DNA of 61,935 nt, counting the filler, from Rhabdomonas costata (Eukaryota): NCBI GenBank assembly GCA_019059605.1. It is 26 parts of 26 records of this genome, joined end to end, with 100 filler letters (N's around TTAATTAATTAA, not from the genome) between each part and the next. Parts side by side here need not be neighbours in the genome. Positions count along the whole stretch, not along the records: positions 26,237 to 28,574 come from JAHMHO010004290.1; positions 28,675 to 30,958 come from JAHMHO010004291.1; positions 31,059 to 33,341 come from JAHMHO010004292.1; positions 33,442 to 35,724 come from JAHMHO010004293.1; positions 35,825 to 38,107 come from JAHMHO010004294.1; positions 38,208 to 40,490 come from JAHMHO010004295.1; 20 more parts are not named here. The stretch is one strand, 5' to 3'. Shown here piece after piece: positions 26,289 through 38,775 of the stretch (positions are counted from its first letter, which is position 1; each line of letters opens with the position of its first letter). Position numbers and translations under genes: made by a program. The notes under the pieces are model-generated. The model did no database searches. It was not told the origin of the DNA and saw only the letters and a program-made list of their open reading frames with translations.

Positions 26289-27944
26289 CGGACATGCTGG
26301 TGAAGACGGACACGCTGTGGCACTGGTGGTTTGGCCAAGAGAAGGCCCGCCTGAAGCTGTTGCAGCATACCCGCGACGCTCAGGCTGTGGTGGACCGGGA
26401 GGAGCTCCAGGCCAAAAAGTTTGACACCCAGGTCACTTATCACGCATACAAGCATCGCTGCCCGCACTCCCACTTTCCGCACTTACACGCCTGCGCCTCT
26501 TCTAATCTCCCTCTCCCTTGCGTGAGGCCTTTGGAGCCTAGCTCGAACGCCATAAGAGACAGCAGAGTTACATACCCTTCTCCACACTCAGCCAACTCCG
26601 CATCGCGACCAAAGAACTCTCACCCACTCCTTCAATCTCTCCCTCTCTCTAGATGGCAGACAGTGTTGAGTCACTGTTTAGTAATTTCTGAGCTAATACT
26701 TTGCGAAGTGAACAAGTCTTTTCACTCTGCGGTGTCCGCAGTTGTGGATCTGGGTCTGGATGAGATGGAGCGATCTGGGCATGCCTTTCTTTTCCAGTGG
26801 AGTGGTGAGAGAGCTCGGCACAGCCGTATCCTTCCTGAAGCTCCATACACATGGCTTTGGTTTCGTTAATTTGCACTTTTTCGTGCATGTATGCGTCGCA
26901 GGACCCTTACAAGTTGGATGGCAAGCTGCTTTGGGCGCTGACTGACACAATGACGGACTTGGATAACGCCGCAGAGGTCACCCAGTACGAAATGGAGGTT
27001 TGCGTGCTGTGTGCCTGTGTGAGGGCGATAGGAGACCTCCTTTTGAGGGCAGCCCACTTCACCACGTCGTCTACATATTATGCACACCCGCGCACACGCT
27101 CGCACTGACAGTCTTGGGTGAGGCAGACCAATTTGGTAGACCACACATGCGAACCACATATAAAAAGGCTAGATGCCAGAATCCAAAGAGAGAAGGGGAG
27201 AGAAAGCACGCCGGAGAGAGAAAGCACCCCATGACGTAAAACAAAGCTCGGGGGGAGCGGGTTGGAATCGGCAGAGGCTATACAGCTCATCCGACACACC
27301 ACGCCAGCAGACCGCATATAGCAGGGTAGCGGGCCACAAGAGCAGATGACAAAGAGCAACCAACGGGTTGCATTTCCACCCCTCAGTAAAGAGCATAGGG
27401 CGAGAGAGGCAAGCACATATGCGCTTGCAGGCAGTGAGTTCCAGCCTGAGCGTGCCTCGCTTTGAAAGCATCCGGCCCCTGCTGGCGAAACAAGCCAACC
27501 GGTGTGCCCCGCTCCTTCTCGTTGCCCATTTTGTTTACTTTCATCACCACCTTCCTCTCCTCAAATACTCCTCTTTCCAGCTTTCTCGTTCCCCATTGTT
27601 TCCACTTTGGAGCGCCGACTTTGTGGGCTCCTTCCTTCACTCCCCAGATGTACTCAACGCCTCTTTGCGTTTTTTTCCTCCTTTAGCCCTGCCTTTCCTC
27701 CTTCCCGCTCTTTCACGTTTTTTTTCATATTCTTGTCCGCCCCAGTAGCAAAATTGTTCACATTGTTGCTGTCAGTGCGTGTTCTTCTGTCTTTTGAATC
27801 CCCGGCGAAAAAATACCTGTGCCCACCGAAGCAGACACAGTATGCTGCAGCGTGATGTGGGGTGAGTGCGATTTCTGGGGGTGATACTTGCTGCTTCGGT
27901 TCCATGGTGTCAGGCTTGCGTCGGAGATGGAGCGAATCTACAAG
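26289..27944 (+). CDS. Unidentified spliced gene fragment (4 exons)
   Basis: Exons 26289-26431, 26902-26997, 27431-27501 and 27914-27944 join in one open frame through GT-AG introns (DMLVKTDTLWHWWFGQEK...RLASEMERIYK). Confidence 0.7.
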
Positions 27945-28873
27945 GTCAGGACGTTGCTTTCCTACCTCTCCCAACGGTTCGAAACCACCCTGGACTCCAA
28001 AGTGGTGTGTGGGGATCTCTGGCTTCTTTGGGAAGGGGGTGGTGGGGGTGCTGATTCCACTGGGCATGCTGTTTCTTTGCCAGAAGGAAGTGGATGGGCT
28101 CCAAGACCCGAACCACATTGCAAAATACGGGAAGAGTCATGCGGACTTCATCATAAGAGCTTTCTTGGTTGCTGAATCCAATATATATATAAGTTTTTTC
28201 CGCACGGCTGTGAGAAGTGCACAACTGTGTTTTAGAAGCGGGGGTCAGTCATCACCACAAACGAGAAATGGAATCAGCGTCGTTTTGGACCAAGAACTTC
28301 CACTTCTGTCCTTCATCACAGGCTATGCGCGACGCATCTTTGTCGCTGTCTTCCATTTTCGTTGTCATTGTCATTGTCTGCTAAACACCTATCTCATCCA
28401 AGGACGCTTTTGTTGCTCTCGACAGGGTGACGTTATTACAGCGTAGTAACAGAGGTCCACGCAAGGATTTTTTTCGGGAAGGTGAAATTCATAAAGAAGA
28501 GGATAGGAAAATTGCTGGAGAACGTTTTCAGGATGAGATAGGTGTTTAGCAGACAATGACAATGACAACAAACCNNNNNNNNNNNNNNNNNNNNNNNNNN
28601 NNNNNNNNNNNNNNNNNNTTAATTAATTAANNNNNNNNNNNNNNNNNNNNNNNNNNNNNNNNNNNNNNNNNNNNGTTTGGTACGATTATTAATTCGTACC
28701 AATGGGCATACCACGTCCGAAATGACTTCATATCCACGCTTTTGAAAGACACATTCTGGGAAGGTTCTTTGAAAATGCTAGGAGAGAAAAACACGGCTAT
28801 TACACAGGCTGGTACCGTATTTCTCCTGCCAGCGTCATTTTTCTAATCTCCTGACGGCTTTCGCCATATGCAG

Positions 28874-30825
28874 AGCGTGGGGTGGTGCCCAACGTGCACA
28901 CCTACTGCCTGGAGGACATGCTTCGGAAGCCCAACCGCTCAAAGTTCTGCAAGAATTCCAACGTCTGCGTGGGCCGCTTCGACCACTACTGCGCCTGGAA
29001 TGAGACCTTCTTCTTTTTTGTGAGGGAAAATATCAAATACGAATGGAGAAGACAGAAGAGTTGAGGGAATTGAAAGATAATTGACCAAACTTGAAATAAA
29101 AGGGGCTTGAAATGGAAAATGAGCGGAATCGCAGTGCCCCCTTTCTCCCTCATCAATGTTGGGTCCAACAAATCGCTGGTGCCATCCCATTACGGGCAGG
29201 AATTCCTTTCGCCATGGGGTGTGATGGGTTAAGGTCGTTTGGTGCTGCTTTGACATGACTTTGAAGGGAAAGCTCAAGCGATCCAATCGCAGCATTCATG
29301 AGGAAGGATAGCAGAGGGGCGTCGCTGAGTGCTTTTGCAGCTGATCAAATATGGTACCTTGTCGACCGTCTCGAACGACGGGGGCCCTCTTCCTGTGGGG
29401 CGGGCTCTCGCTCAGGCTTTCCAGTGCGATTGGGGCGAAAAACCACCTCTTTTTTCTGGGCTTTGTGGCCTGCCAGTTCACCTCTCAGTTGCTGGTGTGT
29501 CCCCAATTTGCGCTTTCAGATTTCCCTGATTTCTTGTCCCCCCCTCTCGTGGCACCGAAGTCAGAAAGAAGGACTTTTTTCTTCTTCGGCTCTCACGTGC
29601 GGTGATTTATTTGAAAAAAAAATATCCACTTTCTCGCTGCTTTTTTCGATGACCTTATGCATGTCACTATACTATACATACAGTTTGAACTGGAGAGGAG
29701 AAGGGGAAACGCCAAGTAAGAAACTTGACAGGTGGACCTTGTTGTGCTTCCGTTGAAATGACCCCCCACGCACACCCGTTGCCTTCCGAGTTAAATCATG
29801 CATAGTGTTTTTAGATTGCATCATTGGCTTCACAGCGGGTACAGTTCACTGATTTGCGAAAGGAAAAGCAGTCGCTCTATCCCCTACTCTCTTTTCTTCC
29901 GCCCTCCTTTTGCATGTGCCTGCTTTCCGTCTCTTTTGCCTCACCCACAGGTGTTCCACTTTGTGTGGAGATACTTTGGGGTATTCTGGGACAACGCGGG
30001 CACGGGCCCGGGATTCTGCGGGGTGGTCGACCTCCTGTATGCGCGGATTTTTTGGGGTAGGGGGCGTCAAACATTCAGCAATGTTAAATGTTAAGCACTG
30101 CGTTTTCGGCTTTTGTGGATTTTTGGAATTGTTGTTGCTGGGCTTTTGTAAACAAATGGGCCAAGATTATTTTGGTTGCGGAGGCCAATTCCGCGGCGCG
30201 ACCTGAACGGGCGGATGGGCAGTGCTAATCGACCGAATTGGGCACTTTTTTTTTGGCAATGTTACTCTTAGAGCACGGGAGTTAGGTATGCTGTTGTCCG
30301 CCCTGTAGACAGACATAATTTACTTTGAGACTACTTAGAAACTACAAGAGCCCCCCCCCCACGCTGCAAAGTGGAGAGAGTCATAGCGGAACGGAATTTT
30401 AGGAAAGCGGGAGTTCACCTTCGGGTTTACAGCTAACATAACTCCAACCTCCAGCTTCAACAGCAGCAGCCGTCTGGTTTTGCAATGGTGGACTTTTAGG
30501 GGGGTTTGAACCCTCGCACTGGGGCCGTGAGGGTAGACAAATGTTGGCGTGATCACTAGTTATGTCGGAGCCGAAAGAAAGAAAACTTAGGCAAGCGGGA
30601 GAGTCACCAAAAGAAGGGAAGAGCAATGGATGTCACCCGCCGTCGGCGCACGTGTTGTGTGTGTGTGGGTGACTATTGAAGGTTTGGTTCGGCCCACACT
30701 CTGGTCACGGTGTTCCTGGTGATGTACAACTTGCTGGGCTTCACCTTCGCTACCGCGATGCTTTTCCTGCAGCTCAGCCACATCAGCCGCAACGTGCTGC
30801 TCAACGAGCGCTGGAACGCCTCCAG
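28874..30825 (+). CDS. DHHC-family palmitoyltransferase (DHYC variant)
   Basis: Exons 28874-28997, 29416-29494, 29951-30036 and 30682-~30825: KPNRSKFC..CVGRFDHYCAW-LSSAIGAKNHLFFLGF, TM helices, QLSHISRNVLLNERWN (TTxE-equivalent region). Confidence 0.9.
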
Positions 30826-31321
30826 GCACGTGCGCACATGTGCGTGTTCTATGTTCAGCAGCAACGTAAAGTCTGTGCAAGACACACACACACACACACA
30901 CACACTCACACACACACACACCAGGCAGTTTCCCGGTGTACACCTGGAGTGGATGGTANNNNNNNNNNNNNNNNNNNNNNNNNNNNNNNNNNNNNNNNNN
31001 NNTTAATTAATTAANNNNNNNNNNNNNNNNNNNNNNNNNNNNNNNNNNNNNNNNNNNNGGGGGTTTGGGGAAAATTTGTGGGATGGAAGTCGGGGTTTGG
31101 TATGGAGGAAAGTCGCTGTACAATCGCAACAGTGACTGTTGGTAAGTGGGTGTGTAAATGGTTGATTGCGTGCGTGCATGCGCGCATGCGCGAGTGATGT
31201 CAATTCCTACAAGTTTTGCTTGAAATGCCGTTTCTCGTCAAACCCTGCAGAACAACGGGTTAAAATGTTTGCCCTGCCCGTCATGGCCCCAATCTTCACC
31301 ACAGCGCGTCTGAAAAGGCAC

Positions 31322-32270
31322 CAGTGCAGCAGTGGGATTGGTTGCAGCCCAGCAGTGGGCACGCCGTCGCGGGCGCCTTGGCAGTAAACCCTGAGGGGCA
31401 GAGGAAGCTGCTGCCCCCGCAAGTGGGCTGACACGGCAAAGCGTCAGAGGCGCCACAGGGAACCTGCATATGCGCCGGTGCAGTGAGGACCAACATCAAC
31501 ACGGAACACGTGGAACAGGAAACAGGTCCGTTCCAGGCTGCCAATGGACAGCTGTTGCCCAATCCAAGGACGTCTTGTGTAGATTTTTTTGAGCTGAAAA
31601 CGCGCGCAGTGCTGCTTTTGCCCCAACCGATCACGTGTGATAGCGCATTTTTTCTCTTTGGATATTATTCCTTCTGCGACCAAATCAGTATACAGCATGA
31701 CTCACCCACGAACGGTCACACCGCTCTAGCTAGTGAGCCCGCCGAAATTAATCTAACAGCAGCAAAATTGCGATCTGGTGGTATGAGCGATGGCCGTTTA
31801 AGTTTGTTTTAGTTGTACGGAGGAAACCCACGAGGGCACCTCGTGAGATGGGGGAAACAAGGGGGTGGGCCAAACCAGTTGCGGGCACTTGCACTATGCC
31901 TCACCTGAATTGCCTTTTCTCATTCTAGTCCCAATGGTCAATTTGTCCCACCTTTTCCTCGCGTCAAAGCAAGAGGACTGCCAGAAATCCCAAATTAAAA
32001 CAGCCGTGCCTTGTCCGCAGCGTCGCAGGCCTTGGCGGTCCCACTGAACCTGCGGCCAGAAGGGCACCGCACGGTGGCAGTGTGGCGGCCCCCCACACAG
32101 CTGTGAGCCAGGGTACAATCCGAGGGGTCAGGGTACATCCCGTCGGGCTGCCCGACGCAGCCCGTCCAGGCAGGATCCGCAGGCCCGTAACCCCAAGCAG
32201 CCACCGAAAAGAGCGCGGCGAGCAAAAGGAACTGAAGGCAACATCTCACAAGTAACTTGGAGATGTCCAT
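31322..32270 (-). CDS. Secreted protein with a CBM14/peritrophin-A chitin-binding domain plus a further Cys-rich module
   Basis: Signal peptide, then CVGQPDGMYPDPSDCTLAHSC..VRCPSGRRF....CD (exon 32270-32010); the sixth Cys (VPC) comes from exon 31463-31322. Confidence 0.8.
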
Positions 32271-32869
32271 GGTTAAAAAAAGCGAAGAAAGCTGAGGGAA
32301 AAGTTCCGTGAAGAATGCAGCGTGGAGAATGCAGAGAGAGTTGGGCATATCCCACCTGTATATTCTACCAAGGACTACAATTTTAGGGTTCAGGGAGGGA
32401 GGGGGGGGGGGGAAGACGGGGCTCAGTCTCGAGGATATCTGGTTGCCAATACTAAAAGACATTCTCTCATTGTTGGGGTGCTCCACATCACACAACCTTT
32501 TTGTCACCAGTCCACCAGTCCGAACCTGTCTGTCACCATTCTCCTTACCTCCCCCATCCTCGCCGTTTCTTTCATAACCTTTAAAAAGCGTAGAAGCAGT
32601 CTTTTCAAGTGGGCTTTCAATATAAGCCATTTGTATCCCACTCCTTGCTTGCTTTTTTGTTGGCAGTTTACTCGTACAACACTTTGCAGAACAATAACCA
32701 AAACTTTTCCAATGGAAGCCTAGCGTTGCTGTACTTGCCATTAGAAATCCACCAAGAAGGAAAAGAAGGCAATGAAAACGCACACCCAGCATGCACGCAA
32801 CTTCCCATACCAGTCTTGTCCGACGCTGTTTTGACTCAGTAAAAAAAAAGCTAACCTAAATACTGTGCT

Positions 32870-33214
32870 TCAGCTGGAATGCTGTGCTGCCCTTGAGGTC
32901 GCAAAGGAGACCTCCATAAAGTCACTGGCAGCTACCACATTGGGGCACCCGAATGCAGCCACCGCCTGCTCCACCAACGGCGTCACAAGGGTGGCATCAC
33001 GGTTGCCCCCTGCGTAGGTAACGTTGGAGGAACAGGGAGAGGGAGAGAGAATGGGCCCAGAGGCCACGTCGGGGAGGCCCTCTGTGGTTGTGGTGGTAGT
33101 GGCGGCTGTTCCGGGGTCAGCTAGTCTGGGTCTCTTTGCATCGGGCGCGAAACCGGTCGAGGGGTCGGCGCGGGAACGGCTGCACGAGAAGCGTGCACTG
33201 AAGTGGGTGAGGAC
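32870..33214 (-). CDS. RNase Z (ELAC-like metallo-beta-lactamase), last exon
   Basis: After a cag| acceptor: VLTHFSARF ... LVEQAVAAF..NVVAASDFMEVSF, the C-terminal LTHFSxRY and AxD motifs, separated by a long low-complexity insert. Confidence 0.75.
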   Translation of the reverse strand, partial: VLTHFSARFSCSRSRADPSTGFAPDAKRPRLADPGTAATTTTTTEGLPDVASGPILSPSPCSSNVTYAGGNRDATLVTPLVEQAVAAFGCPNVVAASDFMEVSFATSRAAQHSS

Positions 33215-34007
33215 CTGAGAGAGAGATGGATGAGAAAGAGAGAGAGAGAGAGGGGGGGGTCGCAAAAGGCCAAAGTGACAACGGTTCTTGTCACGATAGT
33301 ACACCACCTCCCCAGGAGTCACGATACTGCACACCCACCCCNNNNNNNNNNNNNNNNNNNNNNNNNNNNNNNNNNNNNNNNNNNNTTAATTAATTAANNN
33401 NNNNNNNNNNNNNNNNNNNNNNNNNNNNNNNNNNNNNNNNNGGGGTTGGGTTTGCGTGAGCAGAAAAATGGGACATGGTACCCTAAACTAAAGAATGGAG
33501 TTGTTCACAGTGAATTTCAAACGCTGGCTCTTTTTGGCGTTGCTGGTAATCATTTTACCGTGGTTGGTTGCCTTGGCTTACCTCTCTAAGATTGAAAAAC
33601 CATGAGTTCTAACCTTACAATGTAGTCTTGCTTTACATATAGACGGTCTTTGCTGCCTGAGGTTCACCTGGCTAGATTTCCACTGCTTCACATCTTCATT
33701 CTTTAGTTTAGGGTACCATGTCCCATTTTTCTGCTCACGCAAACAGAACCCCTTCAAGCACATCACTACACAAGTCCAACGCAGTTCTTCACAGCTTCAC
33801 CACAAAAAAAAACGCTGGCCAATCGAACGTGCGACATCAGGCGGCATCCACCATGGCAATCATGGGAACAATGGTACGTCTCTTTGTCCGCAAAAACGTT
33901 TGCAGAAGAAGTGGGAATGCAAACACCGCTCGAACCCATCTTGGACCAATCTCAGGCTCCACCCCTGCCTCCGGACCCCACCCCACGACTTCCCATGGAG
34001 GGCATAC

Positions 34008-35380
34008 GTCCTGGGTCATGTCCAGGGAATCCAGGAGGTGTTGCAGGGCGCGCAGGAAGCCCGGGAACTGTGGCCCGGGCTGGCCAAGACCGCGGCAGAT
34101 CACTGCGAAGGCCGCGGAGGAGGCAGCCGCGAGTTCCCCCGTGTTCCACGGCGAGGGCCCTCCCCGGCGACCTAATCAAAAAGACGTGGACATGGGAGCA
34201 GCATTTTCAAGAAGAGACAATACGAAGTCCAATGCAGCTTGCTGACTGAGAATGCAGAGTACAGTAGTAGTATGGGGACAAAGAACAGGAGGTGAGGGGT
34301 GAAGTGTAACACCTGCGGATCCTCCATTATGCAGAAAAAGACTCCCGTTACTGTCAAACCTGAATAGGATAATTCATGCACTCAGACCAAAAACTTCACA
34401 AGAAGACCGAGCTACACCCAAAAGGCAGAGAGCTTCGGTCGTGGAGAAACCAAAAACCAAATCACGAGTTTTTGAGTCCTCAGTTACCTTTGATATAGGA
34501 TGTTCACTCTGCGATTTCTGTGTTGTACACACACATAATGAGATCGGTGAGGATCGGATTCCAATGATGTGCGTCCCAACCAATCCTGCGTCCCTGATTA
34601 TCGGACGTCATTGCAGCGCAATCAGTGGCTGCCGCCCATCGACAAGAGGTGGCCAGCTGTAAAATTGTTCACAATACATTTACACAGACTCTTTCTTAGG
34701 GCTTAAATCGTCGCCCATGGATATTTACAGCGGAGGCTGGGCTAATCTTTCCTAATCTATTCAAAAAAATTCACTGCGATGCGATATACATCTCAAGAAT
34801 TTTTTTTTAAGCCAGCTCAGTTTCAATGTTATTCGTATATTAATGATATCTGTCAGGACCAAGGCATCATGACTCTTCACCAGACCGTGAACGTTGTCTG
34901 ACTGAGCTCGGGAAAGGGAAAAGGGCTGTCAGGCAGAATGGATGCGGGTGGGCAGGAGAAACTACCCATGATCCAGAAAACGGTTGCCAGGAAGTCGACC
35001 AGGTCCAGGTGGGCTGGGGAGGCCTGCTGCAGCTCTGCCACCGCAGAGGCCGCCAGTGGGGAAACCGGGAAAGCCACCACAGCGTCCAAGAGATGGGTGG
35101 CACAGCTGAGCTCCACCCGAAGCCGGGCAAGGGCCTCGCGGTGGCTCAGCTCATCTGCAGCGGAGGGTGCTCTTCCCACGAGGGGCTTCTCATCCGTCGC
35201 AAAGGAGTCGGGACAGGTGGGTGTGGCCCAAGCCCGTCTAAGAATGCTGCCCAGGATTTGGAGGTACAGTGGCGCCATGCAAAGTAGAGGAACTCCAAGG
35301 ACCACAAACAGAGTGAGGAGGGCCACCCCGGCGGACCATAACAACTCCCCTGCAACACCCTCAGGGAGATGCGTCATCAT
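34008..35380 (-). CDS. Unidentified protein with N-terminal transmembrane segment (2 exons)
   Basis: Exons 35380-34966 and 34171-34008 join in frame via a phase-1 GT-AG intron; hydrophobic stretch AGVALLTLFVVLGVPLLCMAPLYL. Confidence 0.55.
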
Positions 35381-35824
35381 GCCTGGTTCACAACCAACAT
35401 GGCGTTGACATTTCGATATGACGAAAAAGAACGAGAATAGGAGGTGAGGGGGTTCAACGACTGTTCAAAAAAAGCACTCACAATCAAACGCAGCAAAGAC
35501 CAATGTGTCCTCACCGTGGAACATCCACCAAGATTCCGGAATCACCTGCCCCGTTGTCACCACATTAAGGGAGAGGATATCAGCCATGTGCTTCCCCGAA
35601 AATCATCACCGCACACAAGTGAAATATTGCATCCAGACACTTAGCCGTGAGCTCCAGAGCTGGAACGGGGCCCACACCAAACCGCTCTGCGAGCGTGCAC
35701 TCGTGTAGCCACGACCCCAAAACCNNNNNNNNNNNNNNNNNNNNNNNNNNNNNNNNNNNNNNNNNNNNTTAATTAATTAANNNNNNNNNNNNNNNNNNNN
35801 NNNNNNNNNNNNNNNNNNNNNNNN

Positions 35825-36926
35825 TTGTGGGGTTCTGTCCAGGACCAGCAGAAGAATAAGGCGGCGGCCCTGACGCGAACAAAAATTGAAAAGTTGAATC
35901 CTTGATGTTAGATGCGGGCGAGCTGAGGTAAGGGACGACGCGACCGTGAAATAAGCAAAAACTGGGGCGACTCAAAACCAGACAGGTACAAAGCCTCCAT
36001 GTCCGGCTAAAACGTCTCACCAACAGGGGGGGTGACGGCAAAATAACAACTACACCCCCCACGAACAAAAAAACAACAACCACATGTTATCATAAGCAAG
36101 AACCAAGAACTCACCTTGGGTCCCGTAGGCATACGGCATCTCTGAGGTGGGATAAGTTGCCATTTCGTAGGTGACATAGCCAGGGGGCCCAGCAGCGGGG
36201 TACCCGTACATACCCCGTCCTGCAACTTCCCCGGTGACAACGACGCCCATCGGGGGCTCAACATATGTCGTCTGCCACCCTGCAGAAGACATCGACCCAT
36301 ACATCAACCGCATTGAACTGCACTGCACCTGCTTCACCTGACACACAGGAATCTGCGCCGCTCCGCTGACAAACAAAACTAAGAACTTCGAAGATAAATT
36401 TGTCCCATTGTCACGGTTCAATGCTGGGGAACAAAAACCCGACAAAACCCAAAAACCACCCTCTGAGAGAATCTGGCAAAGTTCATTGAACCCTCTGGTG
36501 CAGAGCAAAGATGAGACAGGTTTGTCGTACTGTTAAGAAAAGTTGCCCAAACCCTGTGGCGCCAGCCGAAATAAAGAATAGCATGAAACCAGTTTGACCC
36601 CAGTTCTGTCAGGAAGAAAGAAGCCCAGAAATATAGAAAGGCATTTATCAGCTGGCCACAGTGTACTCCCCCACAAGCCCCACCCAAAACTCACCACACC
36701 TGCACCTGCAGGGGGTGCCACTGGAGGGCCACCGGGAGCGGGGGTTATCATCAAGAGTCTTCTCCTCCGGTAATGCCGAAACAGCGCTAGCACAATGCAG
36801 CCGCACACGCACAAGGCAAGGACGGCCACAATGGGGCCCACAATGACCCCAACCTTGGAGCGGCACTCCGAGGAAGAACGGCAATATCCATTTACGCAGC
36901 AGTCGCACGAGTAAGGGCACACGGAG
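35825..36926 (-). CDS. Shisa/WBP1/VOPP1-like single-pass membrane protein
   Basis: Short Cys-rich ectodomain (CPYSCDCCVNGYC..EC), TM helix, RRRR stop-transfer, Pro/Tyr/Gly-rich tail with a PPPY motif over three exons. The 5' exon is unresolved. Confidence 0.65.
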
Positions 36927-38775
36927 CTGTGGGAACAACACCACAACCCAGCGACTTAAACCTCTTATCCCGCACTTCCTCGAAAAACGTGGCCGCAGCA
37001 AAGGGTGAAAGCGCATCACTGTTCAAACTGTTTCAACAACGAGTTTCTGCTTTCGCTGCTTGCGTTCGTTAATCTCAGCTTGATGCTGTTATTCCGCCAG
37101 CAGCAAGAAGAGAAACGCTCCGAATCCAAGGATAGGCAGTGACGATGAGAAAGTTGGACCAACAACTCCCATCCTTTGGGTAAGGATGTCTTCTTTCACT
37201 GTTGGAGCAAAAAGGGTTGTTTCTCTTCCGGTTGGGTGTCGAGTGTTAACAGGCACCATGCAGACTCCATTAATTTTTTCCAGCGGCCAGCCACTTGGTA
37301 CCACCCATTCCCATCCGCGCCCAAAACAAAACGCTGGTGACTGTGCATGGCCAGACGCATATCCAGAGCTGCCTGAATCCCAAGAAAAATGGCGTGCCTG
37401 CTATGTCAACATGTCGGGTTCATGATGATAACCACTTAGCGGAACAAAACGACACGAGGCAAACCTCATCGTGGAAGACAGTTCAGAGTGATGTCATCCA
37501 AAAAAACAAAGACAGGAATACACCACCGCAGCGTCTCGAAAAACAGAAGCAGGGGGCTGAAGGGCATGAAAACAAGCACATGAAGTCTAAGTCCAGTTAA
37601 TTCCCGTGAAGCACATCGTCGAGGACACGAGAACAAGGCATGCTCCGGATTACAAACACTTTCGCCCATTAATTCAAAACAAACAGCCCAACTCAATCTC
37701 AAACAACAGCGAAAGCTGCAGAAAGCAAACGCACGCCTTCAACACCCACCATTTTCCAGCTTTTGAGCGGGCGATAAAAACCCCTCACACCACGAGGGGC
37801 CAGAATCGACGTTACATTTTTATTGAAACAAAACAGTCGCGCAGCAAAAGGAGTCTAATCTAAATTTTACATCTACCGAGTTCTGCCCCGCAGAACTACA
37901 AACTGAAAGTACCAACCCGCAAGGGTCCTAATTAACAGTGAAAGATGACGCCACTCCAATGCAACCCTTGCAGCTCCGCAATCCCACCACCCGGATCCCG
38001 TGATGCCACCATAAACACGAAGCAGGGGGCTTCTCCCGCCTTCACCTCTCCAGTATGCGGGCAGGCGCTCCTCTGGTTTCGCAAAAGCCAACTTTGAACA
38101 AAACCAANNNNNNNNNNNNNNNNNNNNNNNNNNNNNNNNNNNNNNNNNNNNTTAATTAATTAANNNNNNNNNNNNNNNNNNNNNNNNNNNNNNNNNNNNN
38201 NNNNNNNGTGTTTTGTTGCCGTTTCACCCAGTTTTCATGCTGTGCCTCGACGCAGGTTGAGGATGTCGGGTCCCCGGTTTATGGAAAGGTTTTCATGAGA
38301 AAGCTGCTGTGGTTCACTACTGTGTGTTGTCATGGTGGCCAGGGAGCCCCCAACGCCCCCTGGCCTCTGGGTTTGCCCAGTGCTCGGCATGTGTGTGTGC
38401 GTGAGTATGGACAGAACGCTCTGTCTTCCTCGTCTTCCACTGCTGTGATTTCCTTTGTGACTTGCTGTGCGCAGCACTTCGCTATTGCGCAGAATTGATG
38501 AGCTAGGAAGAGAGTTCAAAGATCGATTGAGCTGTTCGATGAGTATGGAGGGAGTAGTCCGAAATAAGATAGCTAAAGGAGCTGCGCCTGGTCTAAGCAC
38601 AAGGATCGCAGGAGCGATGGTGGCATATTGTTGTTGTTCACACACCCACCTGAAAAACTGGGTTAGCACTGAGATCGAGAGGAGGCATTGGTGCCTTTTT
38701 GTGCTCTGGCTGTGCAGCTCTCCGTTTCAGTATCTCCTTCCCGTTGTTTTTGCTCCGCCCGTTTTCGTTTTTTAA

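Noticed and set aside
28361-28569. Perfect 39-bp inverted repeat (28361-28399 vs 28531-28569)
   Set aside because: One arm ends at the contig terminus next to the primer-like tail, typical of amplification fold-back chimeras.
33450-33744. About 48-bp inverted repeat resembling transposon TIRs
   Set aside because: The first arm starts at the contig terminus; likely template-switch artefact.
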